Origin: an uncultured Gemmatimonadales bacterium
Lineage (GTDB): Bacteria; Gemmatimonadota; Gemmatimonadetes; Longimicrobiales; RSA9
Assembly (NCBI GenBank): GCA_963798085.1
Contig: CAWCRS010000007.1
Coordinates: 1,056,001-1,120,000, forward strand
Length of the DNA stretch: 64,000 nt
Reading direction: 5' to 3'
This document shows positions 52,949 to 61,910 of the stretch, piece after piece. The position numbers were made by a program, and so were the translations under genes. How positions within the stretch are numbered: position 1 is the stretch's first letter; each line of letters opens with the position of its first letter. Below the pieces are notes generated by a model that saw only the letters and a list, made by a program, of their open reading frames with translations, had not been told where the DNA came from and did no database searches.

Positions 52949-53771
52949 CACCACAGCCCGGACGGAAGACCCGCTCGCGGAGTCGTTCGCCACGTGGCGG
53001 GCCGCCGGCCACCACGTGCTCATTCCCTACATAACAGCCGGTTACCCGGCGCCCGCCGAGACGCCCGCGCTGCTGCGCGCGCTGGTGCGTGCCGGCGCCG
53101 ATGTCATCGAACTGGGTGTGCCCTTCAGCGATCCCGTGGCGGACGGCCCCACCATTCAGCGTTCCTCCCAGCGTGCCCTGGAGCAGGGCGTCACGCTGCC
53201 CTGGGTGCTGGATGTGCTGCGCGCATTCCGTGCCGAGCACGACACACCGGTGGTGCTGTTCACCTATATCAATCCGGTGCTGCGCTATGGTGTGGATGCG
53301 TTCCTGGCTGCGGCGAGGGAGGCGGGCGCACAGGGTCTGCTGGTGACCGATCTGCCCGTGGGCGGCGATGCCCGCCTCGAGGAAACGCTGGACCGCTCGC
53401 CGCTCTCGCACGTCAACCTGGTGGCGCCCACGACGCCGCCCGGGCGGGCCGCCGCCATTGCGCGCCGGGCCCAGGGCTTTCTCTACTACATCTCACGCAC
53501 GGGCGTGACCGGTGCCACGGCCGAGCTGCGCGGCAACCTGGCGCAGGAAGTGGCGGCGCTGCGGCGCGCGAGTCCGGTCGCCGTAGCCGTGGGCTTCGGC
53601 ATCTCGACACCGGAGCAGGCCGCACAGGTTGCGGCCGTTGCCGATGGCGTGGTGGTGGGCAGTGCGCTCATTGATGCGCTCGACCGCGGCGGTGTTCCCG
53701 AGGCCGCGCGTTTTCTCGCCGGACTGCGCGCCGCCATGGACGCGGTTCCCGCCCGGTCACGGGCTTCCTGA
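52926..53771 (+). CDS. trpA: Tryptophan synthase alpha chain
   Basis: Motifs IELGVPFSDPVADGPTIQ, SRTGVTG, GFGIS and DGVVVGSA. GTG start at 52926 is inferred. Confidence 0.96.
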   Translation: MSPTISSSTTARTEDPLAESFATWRAAGHHVLIPYITAGYPAPAETPALLRALVRAGADVIELGVPFSDPVADGPTIQRSSQRALEQGVTLPWVLDVLRAFRAEHDTPVVLFTYINPVLRYGVDAFLAAAREAGAQGLLVTDLPVGGDARLEETLDRSPLSHVNLVAPTTPPGRAAAIARRAQGFLYYISRTGVTGATAELRGNLAQEVAALRRASPVAVAVGFGISTPEQAAQVAAVADGVVVGSALIDALDRGGVPEAARFLAGLRAAMDAVPARSRAS

Positions 53772-53785
53772 CATTCACGGATTGC

Positions 53786-53812
53786 AGGCGACGATGTCGC
53801 GTCGCCTCTTCT
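53786..53812 (+). terminator. Hairpin between the convergent trpA and rqcH genes
   Basis: AGGCGACG-N6-CGTCGCCT followed by a pyrimidine run. Confidence 0.45.
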
Positions 53813-53819
53813 CCGTTGT

Positions 53820-55431
53820 TCAGTCCGCTGCGCGCAGACGCTCCTCGAGGCGCGCATCCGGCTCCACGAACAGCGTGTTCGCGCGCTCCATGATGACCGT
53901 GCCGGGCCTGGCCTTGCGCGGTTTGCGCACATAGCGGCGGCGCGTCCAGTCGACGGGCACGGTGCCCGACGTGCGCGCCCGGCTGTGCAGCGCGGCCAGC
54001 ATGGCGGCTTCCGCCAGGTCCGTTGCCGGTGGATTCGATGCCGCGTCCTGCCAGCGCAGCACGACGTGCGCACCCGCGGCCTCGCGGGCGTGCAGCCAGA
54101 ATGTCACCGGGCGCGCTGTGGTGCAGAGTCAGGTCGTCATTGGCGCGGGCGCTGCGGCCCACGCGTACTTCCAGTCCTCCTGACGTGCGATAGCGCCGGT
54201 ACGGCAGCACCCGGGCGGGACGCCCACTAACACTGCGGTCAGGTGCGCGGCGCAGCGCGGCGCGATCCGCTTCCGTGGCGCTGCCCTCGCGCATGCGCGT
54301 CTCCAGCGCAGCGAGCCTCTGCGCCTCGGCCGCCACGCCCGCCAGCAGCGCGGGTACACGTGCGGCGGCACGGTCGCGTTTGCGGGCCCGCTCGTACAGC
54401 ATGTTGGCGTTGGCCGCCGGATCGAGCGCGGGATTCAGCTCGATAGTGAGCGTGCCGCCTTCGAAGTCTTCGAGCGTGACCGAGCGCATGCCCCGGCGCA
54501 CACTGGCGAGCCGCGCCAGCAGCACGTCCGCCTTCTGCCTCGCCTGCGCGGCGTCGCTGGCCCCGCCTTCCATCTCGGCGCGCAGACGCCCGGCGCGACG
54601 CCCGAGTGCTTTCTGTCGCTGCGCCAGGCGGCCCAGCAGGTCCGCATCCGTTTCCGGACGCTCCGGCGTAGCGGCCGCGAAGGCCGCGAGCAGGTCGGCG
54701 TGCGGCTCGAACGGCAGCCCCGGCAATGGCGACGGGTAGGGTTGGTCCCAATCGCCCGGCGCGACAATGCCGGCTTGCGTGCTCTGCGGATCGATGACGC
54801 GCGCGTATCGCGTCCACGCTTCCAGCAGCAGCATCTCGTCGTCGCCTTCCAGTGCGGTACCGAGAATGGCGCGTGCATTGAGAGGGCTGGCCCAGGCAAC
54901 GCGCTCGAGGAAAGCCCGCTCCCGCTGCGCGGGCGGCACGTCGAGGAGCAGCGCGGCGAACGCAGCGGCGTCCAGTGGCGCGGCCAGCCCCGCGCGTGGC
55001 TGGGCATCCTGCGTGTCGATCGTGGTGGTCCGCGCTGCGAGCAGCGCTGCCAGCACGCGTCCATCCGTGGCAAGCACCGCGTTACGGCGCGCCGTCAGAT
55101 CCACGGAAAGCGAGAAGCTGCGGGAGCCATCGGGGAGGGCATCAATGAAGAAGTCGATCCGTCGATCATCGGGTGGCGAAGTCACGGCGCGCAGCCGGGC
55201 GCCGGCGGGCAGATTGACGCCGCTCGCCGGACCCCGGTGCGTCGCCTGAACCAGAGTTCCGTTCTGCGGATCGAGTGACCAGCGCAGCGCGCCGCGGCCG
55301 ATGGCGATGTGGATGGTGCGCGTTTCCGGCTCGAGGCGCACCCAGCGCACGCGCGCGCCGGCCCAGCGCTGGTGCAGCTCGGCGGCGAGGGCGCGAGCGA
55401 GCAGTGCATCATAACGCAGTGGTTTTGACAC
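53820..55431 (-). CDS. rqcH: NFACT/RqcH (FbpA-like) ribosome quality control protein; apparent +1 frameshift at about 54100
   Basis: Motifs I.LNP.L.PAANA...Y..ARK and VGRSARANDDLT, then after the shift DIWLHAR..AGAHVVL and YVRKPRKA.PG.V. Confidence 0.88.
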
Positions 55432-55467
55432 CCCCGGATGATGGTCGTAGCTTGCGCAGGCCGTCAA
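55425..55467. promoter_or_regulatory. Overlapping divergent promoters for panB (+) and rqcH (-)
   Basis: Plus strand TTGACA-N17-TAGCTT at 55425-55453. Minus strand TTGACG-N18-CATCAT at 55467-55438. Confidence 0.55.
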
Positions 55468-55559
55468 ACGGACGGGGCGGGGCGAGCGGCGCCCCGTGCG
55501 GCACAACGGCGCTCCGCCGGTTCTCGCCGTGGCCGCGGCGGTGCAGACGACGAGTCCGG

Positions 55560-56387
55560 ATGAGCACTGAGTCACGCGCCAGCGAACGGCGTCTCACAGT
55601 TCGCGACCTCCTCGAAATGAAACAGCGCGGCGACAGGATCGTCGCGCTCACGGCGTACGATTTTCTATTCGCGCGTCTGGTGGACGACTGCGGTGTCGAC
55701 ATCATCCTGGTGGGTGATTCGCTGGGGCAGGTAGTGGCTGGTTACGACAGCACGCTGCCGGTCACACTCGACGAGATGATCTGGCACGCGCAAGCGGTGC
55801 GGCGCGCGGTGCGGCGAGGCCTGCTGGTCGTGGACATGCCGTTCCTCAGCTTTCAGGTGAGCGAAGAGGAGACGCTGCGCAACGCCGGTCGCGTGCTGAA
55901 GCAGACTGGTGCCGAAGCCGTGAAGCTGGAGGGCGGCGACGACGTGACCGCCGGCCATGTGCGCGCGCTGGTACGCGCCGGCATTCCCGTGATGGGCCAC
56001 ATCGGTCTCACGCCGCAGTCGGTGCACGCACTGGGTGGCTATCGCGTGCAGGGCCGCGATGCGGATGCGGCCGAGCGACTGCACCAGGATGCCCTGCGCC
56101 TCGAACACGCCGGTGCTTTCTCCATTGTGCTGGAATTGATGCCGACTGCGCTGGCCGGTGATGTGTCGCGCAAACTGCGCATTCCCACGATCGGCATTGG
56201 CGCCGGACCGGAGTGCGACGGCCAGGTGCTCGTGATCTACGACGCGCTCGGCCTGAACGAGACGTTCCGGCCACGCTTCCTCAAGCGTTTCGCGGCGCTG
56301 GCGGAGGAGACGCGCAAGGGCGTGCAGGCCTACAGCGAGGCCGTGCGCTCGGGTCGCTACCCGGACGCCGAGCACTCCTTCGAGTGA
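55560..56387 (+). CDS. panB: 3-methyl-2-oxobutanoate hydroxymethyltransferase
   Basis: Motifs LTAYD, LVGDSL, DMPF, KLEGG, GHIGLTPQ and GIGAG. Confidence 0.97.
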   Translation: MSTESRASERRLTVRDLLEMKQRGDRIVALTAYDFLFARLVDDCGVDIILVGDSLGQVVAGYDSTLPVTLDEMIWHAQAVRRAVRRGLLVVDMPFLSFQVSEEETLRNAGRVLKQTGAEAVKLEGGDDVTAGHVRALVRAGIPVMGHIGLTPQSVHALGGYRVQGRDADAAERLHQDALRLEHAGAFSIVLELMPTALAGDVSRKLRIPTIGIGAGPECDGQVLVIYDALGLNETFRPRFLKRFAALAEETRKGVQAYSEAVRSGRYPDAEHSFE

Positions 56388-57235
56388 AACGGGTCGCCAC
56401 GCGCGCCGAGCTGCGCCTGGCCATCGACAACGCGCGCGCCGCCGGCAGTCGCATTGGTTTCGTGCCCACCATGGGCTTCCTGCATGACGGTCATCTCTCG
56501 CTCATTGATCGCGCACGCACGCTCGCGGACTACACCGTCATGTCCGTGTTCGTGAACCCGCTGCAGTTCGGGCCGGGCGAAGATCTGGCGAGCTACCCGC
56601 GCGATCTGCCGCGCGACGCGCAGCTGGCGCAGGCCCGAGGGGTCGACCTGCTGTTCGCGCCGTCCGACAGCGAGATGTATCCGGCGGGCGCGCCGGCCGT
56701 GACGGTGGATGCGCCTGTGCTGACGGACCGCCTGTGCGGCGCGTTCCGGCCCGGTCACTTTCGCGGCGTGCTCACGGTGGTGGCCAAGCTGTTCCACCTC
56801 GTGCGTCCGGACACGGCGGTCTTCGGGCAGAAGGACTATCAGCAGCTGACACTGATCCGGCGCATGGTGCGTGACCTGGACATGGGCATCGAGGTGGTGG
56901 GCGGCCCCATTGTGCGCGAGGCCGATGGTCTGGCGCTCAGCTCGCGCAATGTCTACCTCTCGCCGGAGGAACGGCGCGAGGCGACACTGCTGCGCCGCGC
57001 TCTGCTGGATGCGCAGCAGGCGTTCGCCGCCGGCACGCGGCAGGCAGACTCCTTGCTGCAACGCGTGCGGGAGCGGCTGGCGCAGGGTGCGCACGTGCGC
57101 CTGCAGTATGCCGAGCTGGTGGCGCCGGACTCGCTGGAGCCGGTACCGGAGGCCGCGGCCGGTGATGTGCTGGCCCTGGCGGCGTTCGTGGGCCGCACCC
57201 GGCTCATCGATAACCATGTGTTAGAGAGTGGCTGA
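56384..57235 (+). CDS. panC: Pantoate--beta-alanine ligase
   Basis: Motifs VPTMGFLHDGH, FVNPLQF, RPGHF, FGQKD, LALSSRN and RLIDN. GTGA overlap with panB. Confidence 0.97.
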   Translation: MKRVATRAELRLAIDNARAAGSRIGFVPTMGFLHDGHLSLIDRARTLADYTVMSVFVNPLQFGPGEDLASYPRDLPRDAQLAQARGVDLLFAPSDSEMYPAGAPAVTVDAPVLTDRLCGAFRPGHFRGVLTVVAKLFHLVRPDTAVFGQKDYQQLTLIRRMVRDLDMGIEVVGGPIVREADGLALSSRNVYLSPEERREATLLRRALLDAQQAFAAGTRQADSLLQRVRERLAQGAHVRLQYAELVAPDSLEPVPEAAAGDVLALAAFVGRTRLIDNHVLESG

Positions 57236-57238
57236 GCC

Positions 57239-57838
57239 GTGGCCGAGCGATCGCCATCCCTGCTGGACCGCGCCGCGGCCGGCGAGCTGCCCGCCTGGGC
57301 GGAAGTTTCGCCGGCACGCTACCAGCACCTCAGTCGCGTGGGCCGGCTGATGGCTGAATGGGCGGCCGGCCTGGACTGCACCGAGGCGCAGCGCGTGCGC
57401 TGGCACGCCACCGGCTGCCTGCACGACGCCCTGCGCGACGCGCCGGTGGAGCACCTGCTGCCCTGGGTGCCCGAGCGCTTTCGTGAATTGCCTGTTTCTT
57501 TCTGGCACGGTCCGGCCACCGCCAGCCGCCTCGAGGCGGAAGGCCTGGACGACGCGGAACTGTGTGGCGCGATCCGCTACCACACGCTGGGCCACGCGTC
57601 GCTGCGCACGCTGGGTCGCGCCCTCATCGCGGCCGATTTCCTGGAGCCGGGCCGCCCGCAGCAGGCGGAATGGCGGGCCGGCCTGCGGGCGCGCATGCCG
57701 CGCGACCTGCCGGGCGTGCTGCGCGAGGTGCTGCGCTTCAAGATCACCCGCAGCCTGGATGGCGGTTATCCGATCCCCGCCGAAACGGTCGGCGCCTGGA
57801 ACGCACTGCTGAGCGATGCGCAGCAGGGAACTGGCTGA
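57239..57838 (+). CDS. HD-domain hydrolase, YqeK-like (Ap4A hydrolase family)
   Basis: Motifs H..RV, LHD, HG, AIRYHTLG and ADFLEPGR. Confidence 0.8.
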   Translation: MAERSPSLLDRAAAGELPAWAEVSPARYQHLSRVGRLMAEWAAGLDCTEAQRVRWHATGCLHDALRDAPVEHLLPWVPERFRELPVSFWHGPATASRLEAEGLDDAELCGAIRYHTLGHASLRTLGRALIAADFLEPGRPQQAEWRAGLRARMPRDLPGVLREVLRFKITRSLDGGYPIPAETVGAWNALLSDAQQGTG

Positions 57839-58256
57839 ACGCGTCGCCCTTGTCGCGACGTTCGCGCTGGTGCTCGCGTTCGTCGCCTCGTTCGTGACCG
57901 GGCTGGGCCGTTCCCACAAGCCCGGGCGAGCCGAACCGCCGCAGGCGCCGGTCGTCGCGGATCCGGGAACGCGACAGCGCGGCCGCGTGGAAGTGCTCAA
58001 CGCTTCCGGTCAGGCCGGCATTGCCCGCGGCGTCACGGATCGGTTGCGCGCCGCCGGCTTCGATGTGGTCTTCTACGGCAATGCGCAGCACATCCCGGAC
58101 AGCAGCGCTGTGCTCGACCGCGTGGGCAATACAGGCATAGCCCGCGCCGTGGCCGACGAGCTGGGCATCGTCCGCCTGCGCACCGCCGTCGACTCCTCCC
58201 TCGCCCTCGACGTCACCGTCATTCTCGGGCCGGACTTCAAGGCTTCACCGCGCTGA
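57816..58256 (+). CDS. Membrane protein with LytR C-terminal domain
   Basis: N-terminal TM, VEVLNASG..GIA, L...GF.V...GNA and DVTVILGPD. Confidence 0.85.
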   Translation: MRSRELAERVALVATFALVLAFVASFVTGLGRSHKPGRAEPPQAPVVADPGTRQRGRVEVLNASGQAGIARGVTDRLRAAGFDVVFYGNAQHIPDSSAVLDRVGNTGIARAVADELGIVRLRTAVDSSLALDVTVILGPDFKASPR

Positions 58257-58277
58257 GCGCGGAGGCCGCGGCGGCCG

Positions 58278-59456
58278 CTACTCGTCCGTGGCATTGCCCT
58301 GGCCGGCTTGCGCCGTGACGACAACAGTTCTCCGCGTCCGCCGCGCACTCTGTGGTGAGTGCAGTCGAGTGTAAGGCCGCGGAGGCGTTGGCGTGTGTTC
58401 GGCGCGGAGCTGGCCGCAGGCGGCGGCGATGTCGCGGCCGCGCGGAGTGCGGATGGTGGCTTTGATGCCCAACTCGTCGAGGATGCGGGCGAAGGCGCGC
58501 TGGCGGTCGCGGGAAGGGGGTTGCCAGGCCGCGCCGGGGATGGGGTTGTAGGGAATGAGGTTGACGTGCGCGCCGAATTCACGCACGAGGTCAGCCAGCT
58601 GGCGGGCGTGCCCGGGCTCATCGTTGGTGCGGTCAATGAGCACGTATTCGAAGGTAATGCGGCGGCCGCCGGCCGCATCGAAGGCGCGCAGCGCTTCCAG
58701 CAACCGGGGCAGCGGATACTTCTTCTCGATGGGCACAAGGCGGGCGCGCAGCTCCGGCTCGGGCGCGTGCAGCGACACGGCCAGCCGGAACTGGTCCGGG
58801 CGCTCTGCCAGCTCGAGAATGCCGGGCACGATGCCCACGGTCGAGACGGTGATGCGGCGCGCGCCCATGCCATACCCGCCGTTGAGCAGGGTGAGCGCAG
58901 GCATGACCGCCGTGCGGTTCGCGAGCGGCTCGCCCATGCCCATGAACACGATGTTAGTGATGCTGCCGGCCTGGTTTTCCGCGGCCCAGCGGCGGGCGCC
59001 GCGGAACTGCGCGACGATTTCGCCGGTGGTCAGCTGGCGGCGGTACCCGGACCAGCCGGTCGCACAGAATACGCACGCCATGGCGCAGCCCGCCTGTGAG
59101 GACAGGCACAGCGTGAGGCGGTCACCGGAAGGGATGAGCACCGACTCGATCAGTTCGCCGTCAGCGAGTCGCCAGAGGTGTTTGACCGTGCCGTCCGTCG
59201 AGCGACTGAGTGTCGCGATGGCCGGCGAGGTCAGGCGGAACGCTGCGGCCAGTGCGGCGCGTTCCCCAGCCGGAAGGTCCGTCATCTCCGCGAAGGACGC
59301 GGCATCACGCTCGTACAGCCAGGCCAGTGCCTGGCGCACGCGGTAGGCGGGCTGACCGCGTGCGGTGAAATGCGCGCGCAGCGCGGCTTCCGCTTCCTCC
59401 GCGGGCAGGTCGAGCAGGTCAGGCGTGGCCCCTGTGCTCTTCGTGGAAGCCTGCAT
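58278..59456 (-). CDS. rlmN: Dual-specificity RNA methyltransferase RlmN
   Basis: Motifs CLSSQAGCAMACVFC, MGMGEP, SLHA, NLIPYN and AACGQL. Confidence 0.96.
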   Translation of the reverse strand: MQASTKSTGATPDLLDLPAEEAEAALRAHFTARGQPAYRVRQALAWLYERDAASFAEMTDLPAGERAALAAAFRLTSPAIATLSRSTDGTVKHLWRLADGELIESVLIPSGDRLTLCLSSQAGCAMACVFCATGWSGYRRQLTTGEIVAQFRGARRWAAENQAGSITNIVFMGMGEPLANRTAVMPALTLLNGGYGMGARRITVSTVGIVPGILELAERPDQFRLAVSLHAPEPELRARLVPIEKKYPLPRLLEALRAFDAAGGRRITFEYVLIDRTNDEPGHARQLADLVREFGAHVNLIPYNPIPGAAWQPPSRDRQRAFARILDELGIKATIRTPRGRDIAAACGQLRAEHTPTPPRPYTRLHSPQSARRTRRTVVVTAQAGQGNATDE

Positions 59457-60334
59457 CAGAAAACCACGCTCAAGCGGAAGGAGTGCACCGCGCCAATGCC
59501 GTTGGGCATGTCTTCACGCAGCACGCCCAGCTGATAACGGCTGAGTTGCACGGTCGCACCTGTGGCGAGCTTCCACGTGCGCTCGCCGACGCCGGGCTCG
59601 CCGGCCACGCCCGCCGTGAAGCGCAGCCACTCTCGCCACGCGCCCACGGCGGCAATCCGGTGCGCCACGCCCTGGAAGCGCTCCGATCCGGACGCGCCGT
59701 ACTCGGCGCCCACGCTCCAGTCCGGCGCCACCGCGCGTTCCGCACCCGCCGCGGCAAACCAGCCGTTTGCGGCCTGCTCGAAAAGCAGGCCGGCGGCAAG
59801 TGCAGGATGAAACGACGTCGTCGCCTGATAGAGAAAACCGGCGCCGAAGCTGGTGACGTTGTCGCCGTCGAGGACGGCGGCGGTGCGCGTGTAGTGCGCG
59901 CCCGCACCCACGCTGAGGCCTTTGCTCAGCGAGCGGTCGATCGCGATGCTGAACGCGTTTTCCGCGATGTCGAGAGGAACGGCACCATCCTCGGGCAGAG
60001 GCGAGGTCGTGGTCTGCTCGATGTCGGCGACGCCGACGTGCTGGAAGCCGAAACCCAGCGAGGTCGAGGCATCCAGCCGCATGACCCCGGCCAGTCCGAC
60101 GCCGTCGAGGCCGGTTGCGGAAGGTCCGCGCACATCCAGCAGCAGACCCTCGCCTCGCCGTGCGGGAATTCCGAGGGCGCCCGGGTTCCAGAAGACCGCG
60201 ATGGGGCCGCGCGCGAGCGCATCCGCGCCGGCCGTCGTGCGCATGGGCAGATCGAGCACGCGCTGTGCCGCCACCGGGGACGCGCCCAGAAGCGTGGCGA
60301 GCAGGATGCCCGTATGGTTGATGCGGTTTTGCAC
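59456..60334 (-). CDS. Outer membrane beta-barrel, PorV/PorQ-like
   Basis: Signal peptide, GADALARG..AVFWNPGAL motif, beta-strand pattern and terminal Phe. Confidence 0.6.
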   Translation of the reverse strand: MQNRINHTGILLATLLGASPVAAQRVLDLPMRTTAGADALARGPIAVFWNPGALGIPARRGEGLLLDVRGPSATGLDGVGLAGVMRLDASTSLGFGFQHVGVADIEQTTTSPLPEDGAVPLDIAENAFSIAIDRSLSKGLSVGAGAHYTRTAAVLDGDNVTSFGAGFLYQATTSFHPALAAGLLFEQAANGWFAAAGAERAVAPDWSVGAEYGASGSERFQGVAHRIAAVGAWREWLRFTAGVAGEPGVGERTWKLATGATVQLSRYQLGVLREDMPNGIGAVHSFRLSVVF

Positions 60335-60346
60335 AGTCCTTATAGT
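60318..60346 (+). promoter_or_regulatory. sigma70-like promoter for the PTS IIA gene
   Basis: TTGATG-N17-TATAGT. Confidence 0.55.
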
Positions 60347-60397
60347 TTACGCGAATGACAAACGGGCGGAAGCCCCTTCGCCGGACTGAGGTAGCGT

Positions 60398-60856
60398 TTG
60401 CTCCTGACCGAACTGCTCTCGGTCGATCGCATCAGGATCCCGCTGCAGGGACACACCAAGGACGAGCTGCTGCGCGAACTGGTCTCCATCGTGTCGAGCC
60501 ACGATGGCGTGCAGGACCAGGGCGCGGTACTCGACGCGGTGCGTGAGCGGGAATCGATATTGTCGACGGGCATCGGTCACGGTGTCGCGATTCCGCACGG
60601 CAAATCGCAATCCGTCCCCGAACTGCGCATGGCCGCGGGCCGCGCCGCCATGCCTGTCGACTACGATGCACTCGACGGGCAGCCGGTCGCACTGCTGTTC
60701 CTGCTGGTCGGCCCCGAGTCTGCCGCGGGCCCGCACATCAAGGCGCTCAGCCGCATCTCGCGCATCGTGCGTCGCGATGATGTGCGCGACCGGCTCAACG
60801 CGGCGCAGAGTCCTGACGAATTCCTGGCGGCGCTGCGTGAAGCGGAGGCTGTATAA
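60398..60856 (+). CDS. PTS IIA component (PtsN/Ntr-Fru type)
   Basis: RE..LSTGIG.GVAIPH (phospho-His), DALDG.PV and H.KALSRISR. TTG start after GAGG. Confidence 0.92.
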   Translation: MLLTELLSVDRIRIPLQGHTKDELLRELVSIVSSHDGVQDQGAVLDAVRERESILSTGIGHGVAIPHGKSQSVPELRMAAGRAAMPVDYDALDGQPVALLFLLVGPESAAGPHIKALSRISRIVRRDDVRDRLNAAQSPDEFLAALREAEAV

Positions 60857-60868
60857 GCCGCCTTTCCC

Positions 60869-61038
60869 AGCGAGCCCGACGCCCGGAGGCGGCGGGCCTT
60901 TCCTCGCGAGCGGCGCCACTTCGCGCAGCGAGCCCGACGCCCGGAGGCGGCGGGCCTTTCCTCGCGAGCGGCGCCACTTCGCGCAAGCGGGCCCGACGCC
61001 CGGAGGCGGCGGGCCCTTCCCTGCGAGCGCGCACTTCG
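60869..61038. repeat. Tandem array of three 58-bp hairpin-containing units (REP/BIME-like)
   Basis: Units 60869-60926 and 60927-60984 are identical; 60986-61038 is diverged. Each contains GCCCGACGCC-CGGA-GGCGGCGGGC. Confidence 0.9.
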
Positions 61039-61064
61039 TCCGGACAAGCCCGGCACGCGACAGG

Positions 61065-61421
61065 CTACTCGGGTTGTGCTTCCTTCTGGGCCAGCGCGAT
61101 GATGGCGCGGCGTTCGATATCGACCTGCCGGGTCAGATTGCCGACGCCTTCACGCAGCGAGCGTGACTTGGGGCCATGCGAGCCGCCGCGGCGGGTGGCC
61201 AGCTCGAGGGCGCCGGTGGCATTGGCGAGCTTGTCGAAGCCGGCGGTAGTGAATTGCATCTTGAGCTGACCGAAAGCGCGGCGCAGTCCGACGGAGAGGC
61301 CCTCGGCGTCCCTGGGCGTGCCGGCGAACTGTTCGACGAGCGAGTACACATGGCGAACTCGCCCGGCGAGCGTCTCGAGTTGTGTCAGGCGTTCACGGTC
61401 GCGCGGCGTCAGGTCGGACAT
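61065..61421 (-). CDS. Small helical protein resembling an HPt domain without the phospho-His
   Basis: LRRAFGQLKMQFTTAGFDKLANATGALE matches the HPt register R.A.HxLKG.....G...L......LE. Confidence 0.65.
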   Translation of the reverse strand: MSDLTPRDRERLTQLETLAGRVRHVYSLVEQFAGTPRDAEGLSVGLRRAFGQLKMQFTTAGFDKLANATGALELATRRGGSHGPKSRSLREGVGNLTRQVDIERRAIIALAQKEAQPE

Positions 61422-61538
61422 GCTGGCTAACATAGTGCTCAGGCAGACAGCACGCGAGTGCGGCGTGAACGAAGCACAGGTCAAAGCGGCGTCGTCGACG
61501 GCAGAATTTTCTCGACGATTCGGGAGCGGAATCCAGCA

Positions 61539-61910
61539 GTGAAGCGGCTGCCTGCGACGCTTGCCTATCTGCCGTCTCTGGTCTGGGCCGCGTTCCTGCT
61601 CTACCTGGGAAGCCGTCCGTTCTACGAACCGCTGCCGCAACTGCCGCTGCCCGCGGACAAGCTTGCGCATTTGGGTCTGTACGGAACGCTGGGCATACTG
61701 GCGGTGCTCGGCTGGCGCTGGTCGGGGCGCCGGCCGATCGTGTGGGCGCCGTGGCTGGCAAGTGTGACGGTGGGTGTGATCGATGAGCTGCATCAGCGCT
61801 ACGTGCCCACACGCAGCTCGGACATCAAGGACTGGCTGACGGATCTGGTGGCGATCACGCTCGCATTCGCGCTGCTCGGCGCATGGCGTTCCCGCAGAGG
61901 AGAAGAATGA
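61539..61910 (+). CDS. VanZ family membrane protein
   Basis: Motifs DKLAHLGLY, DELHQ.YVP.R and D..DW.TD. Confidence 0.88.
   Translation: MKRLPATLAYLPSLVWAAFLLYLGSRPFYEPLPQLPLPADKLAHLGLYGTLGILAVLGWRWSGRRPIVWAPWLASVTVGVIDELHQRYVPTRSSDIKDWLTDLVAITLAFALLGAWRSRRGEE

Noticed and set aside
60869..61038. CRISPR array
   Set aside because: The segments between hairpins are identical or near-identical rather than unique spacers, and there are no cas genes in the window.
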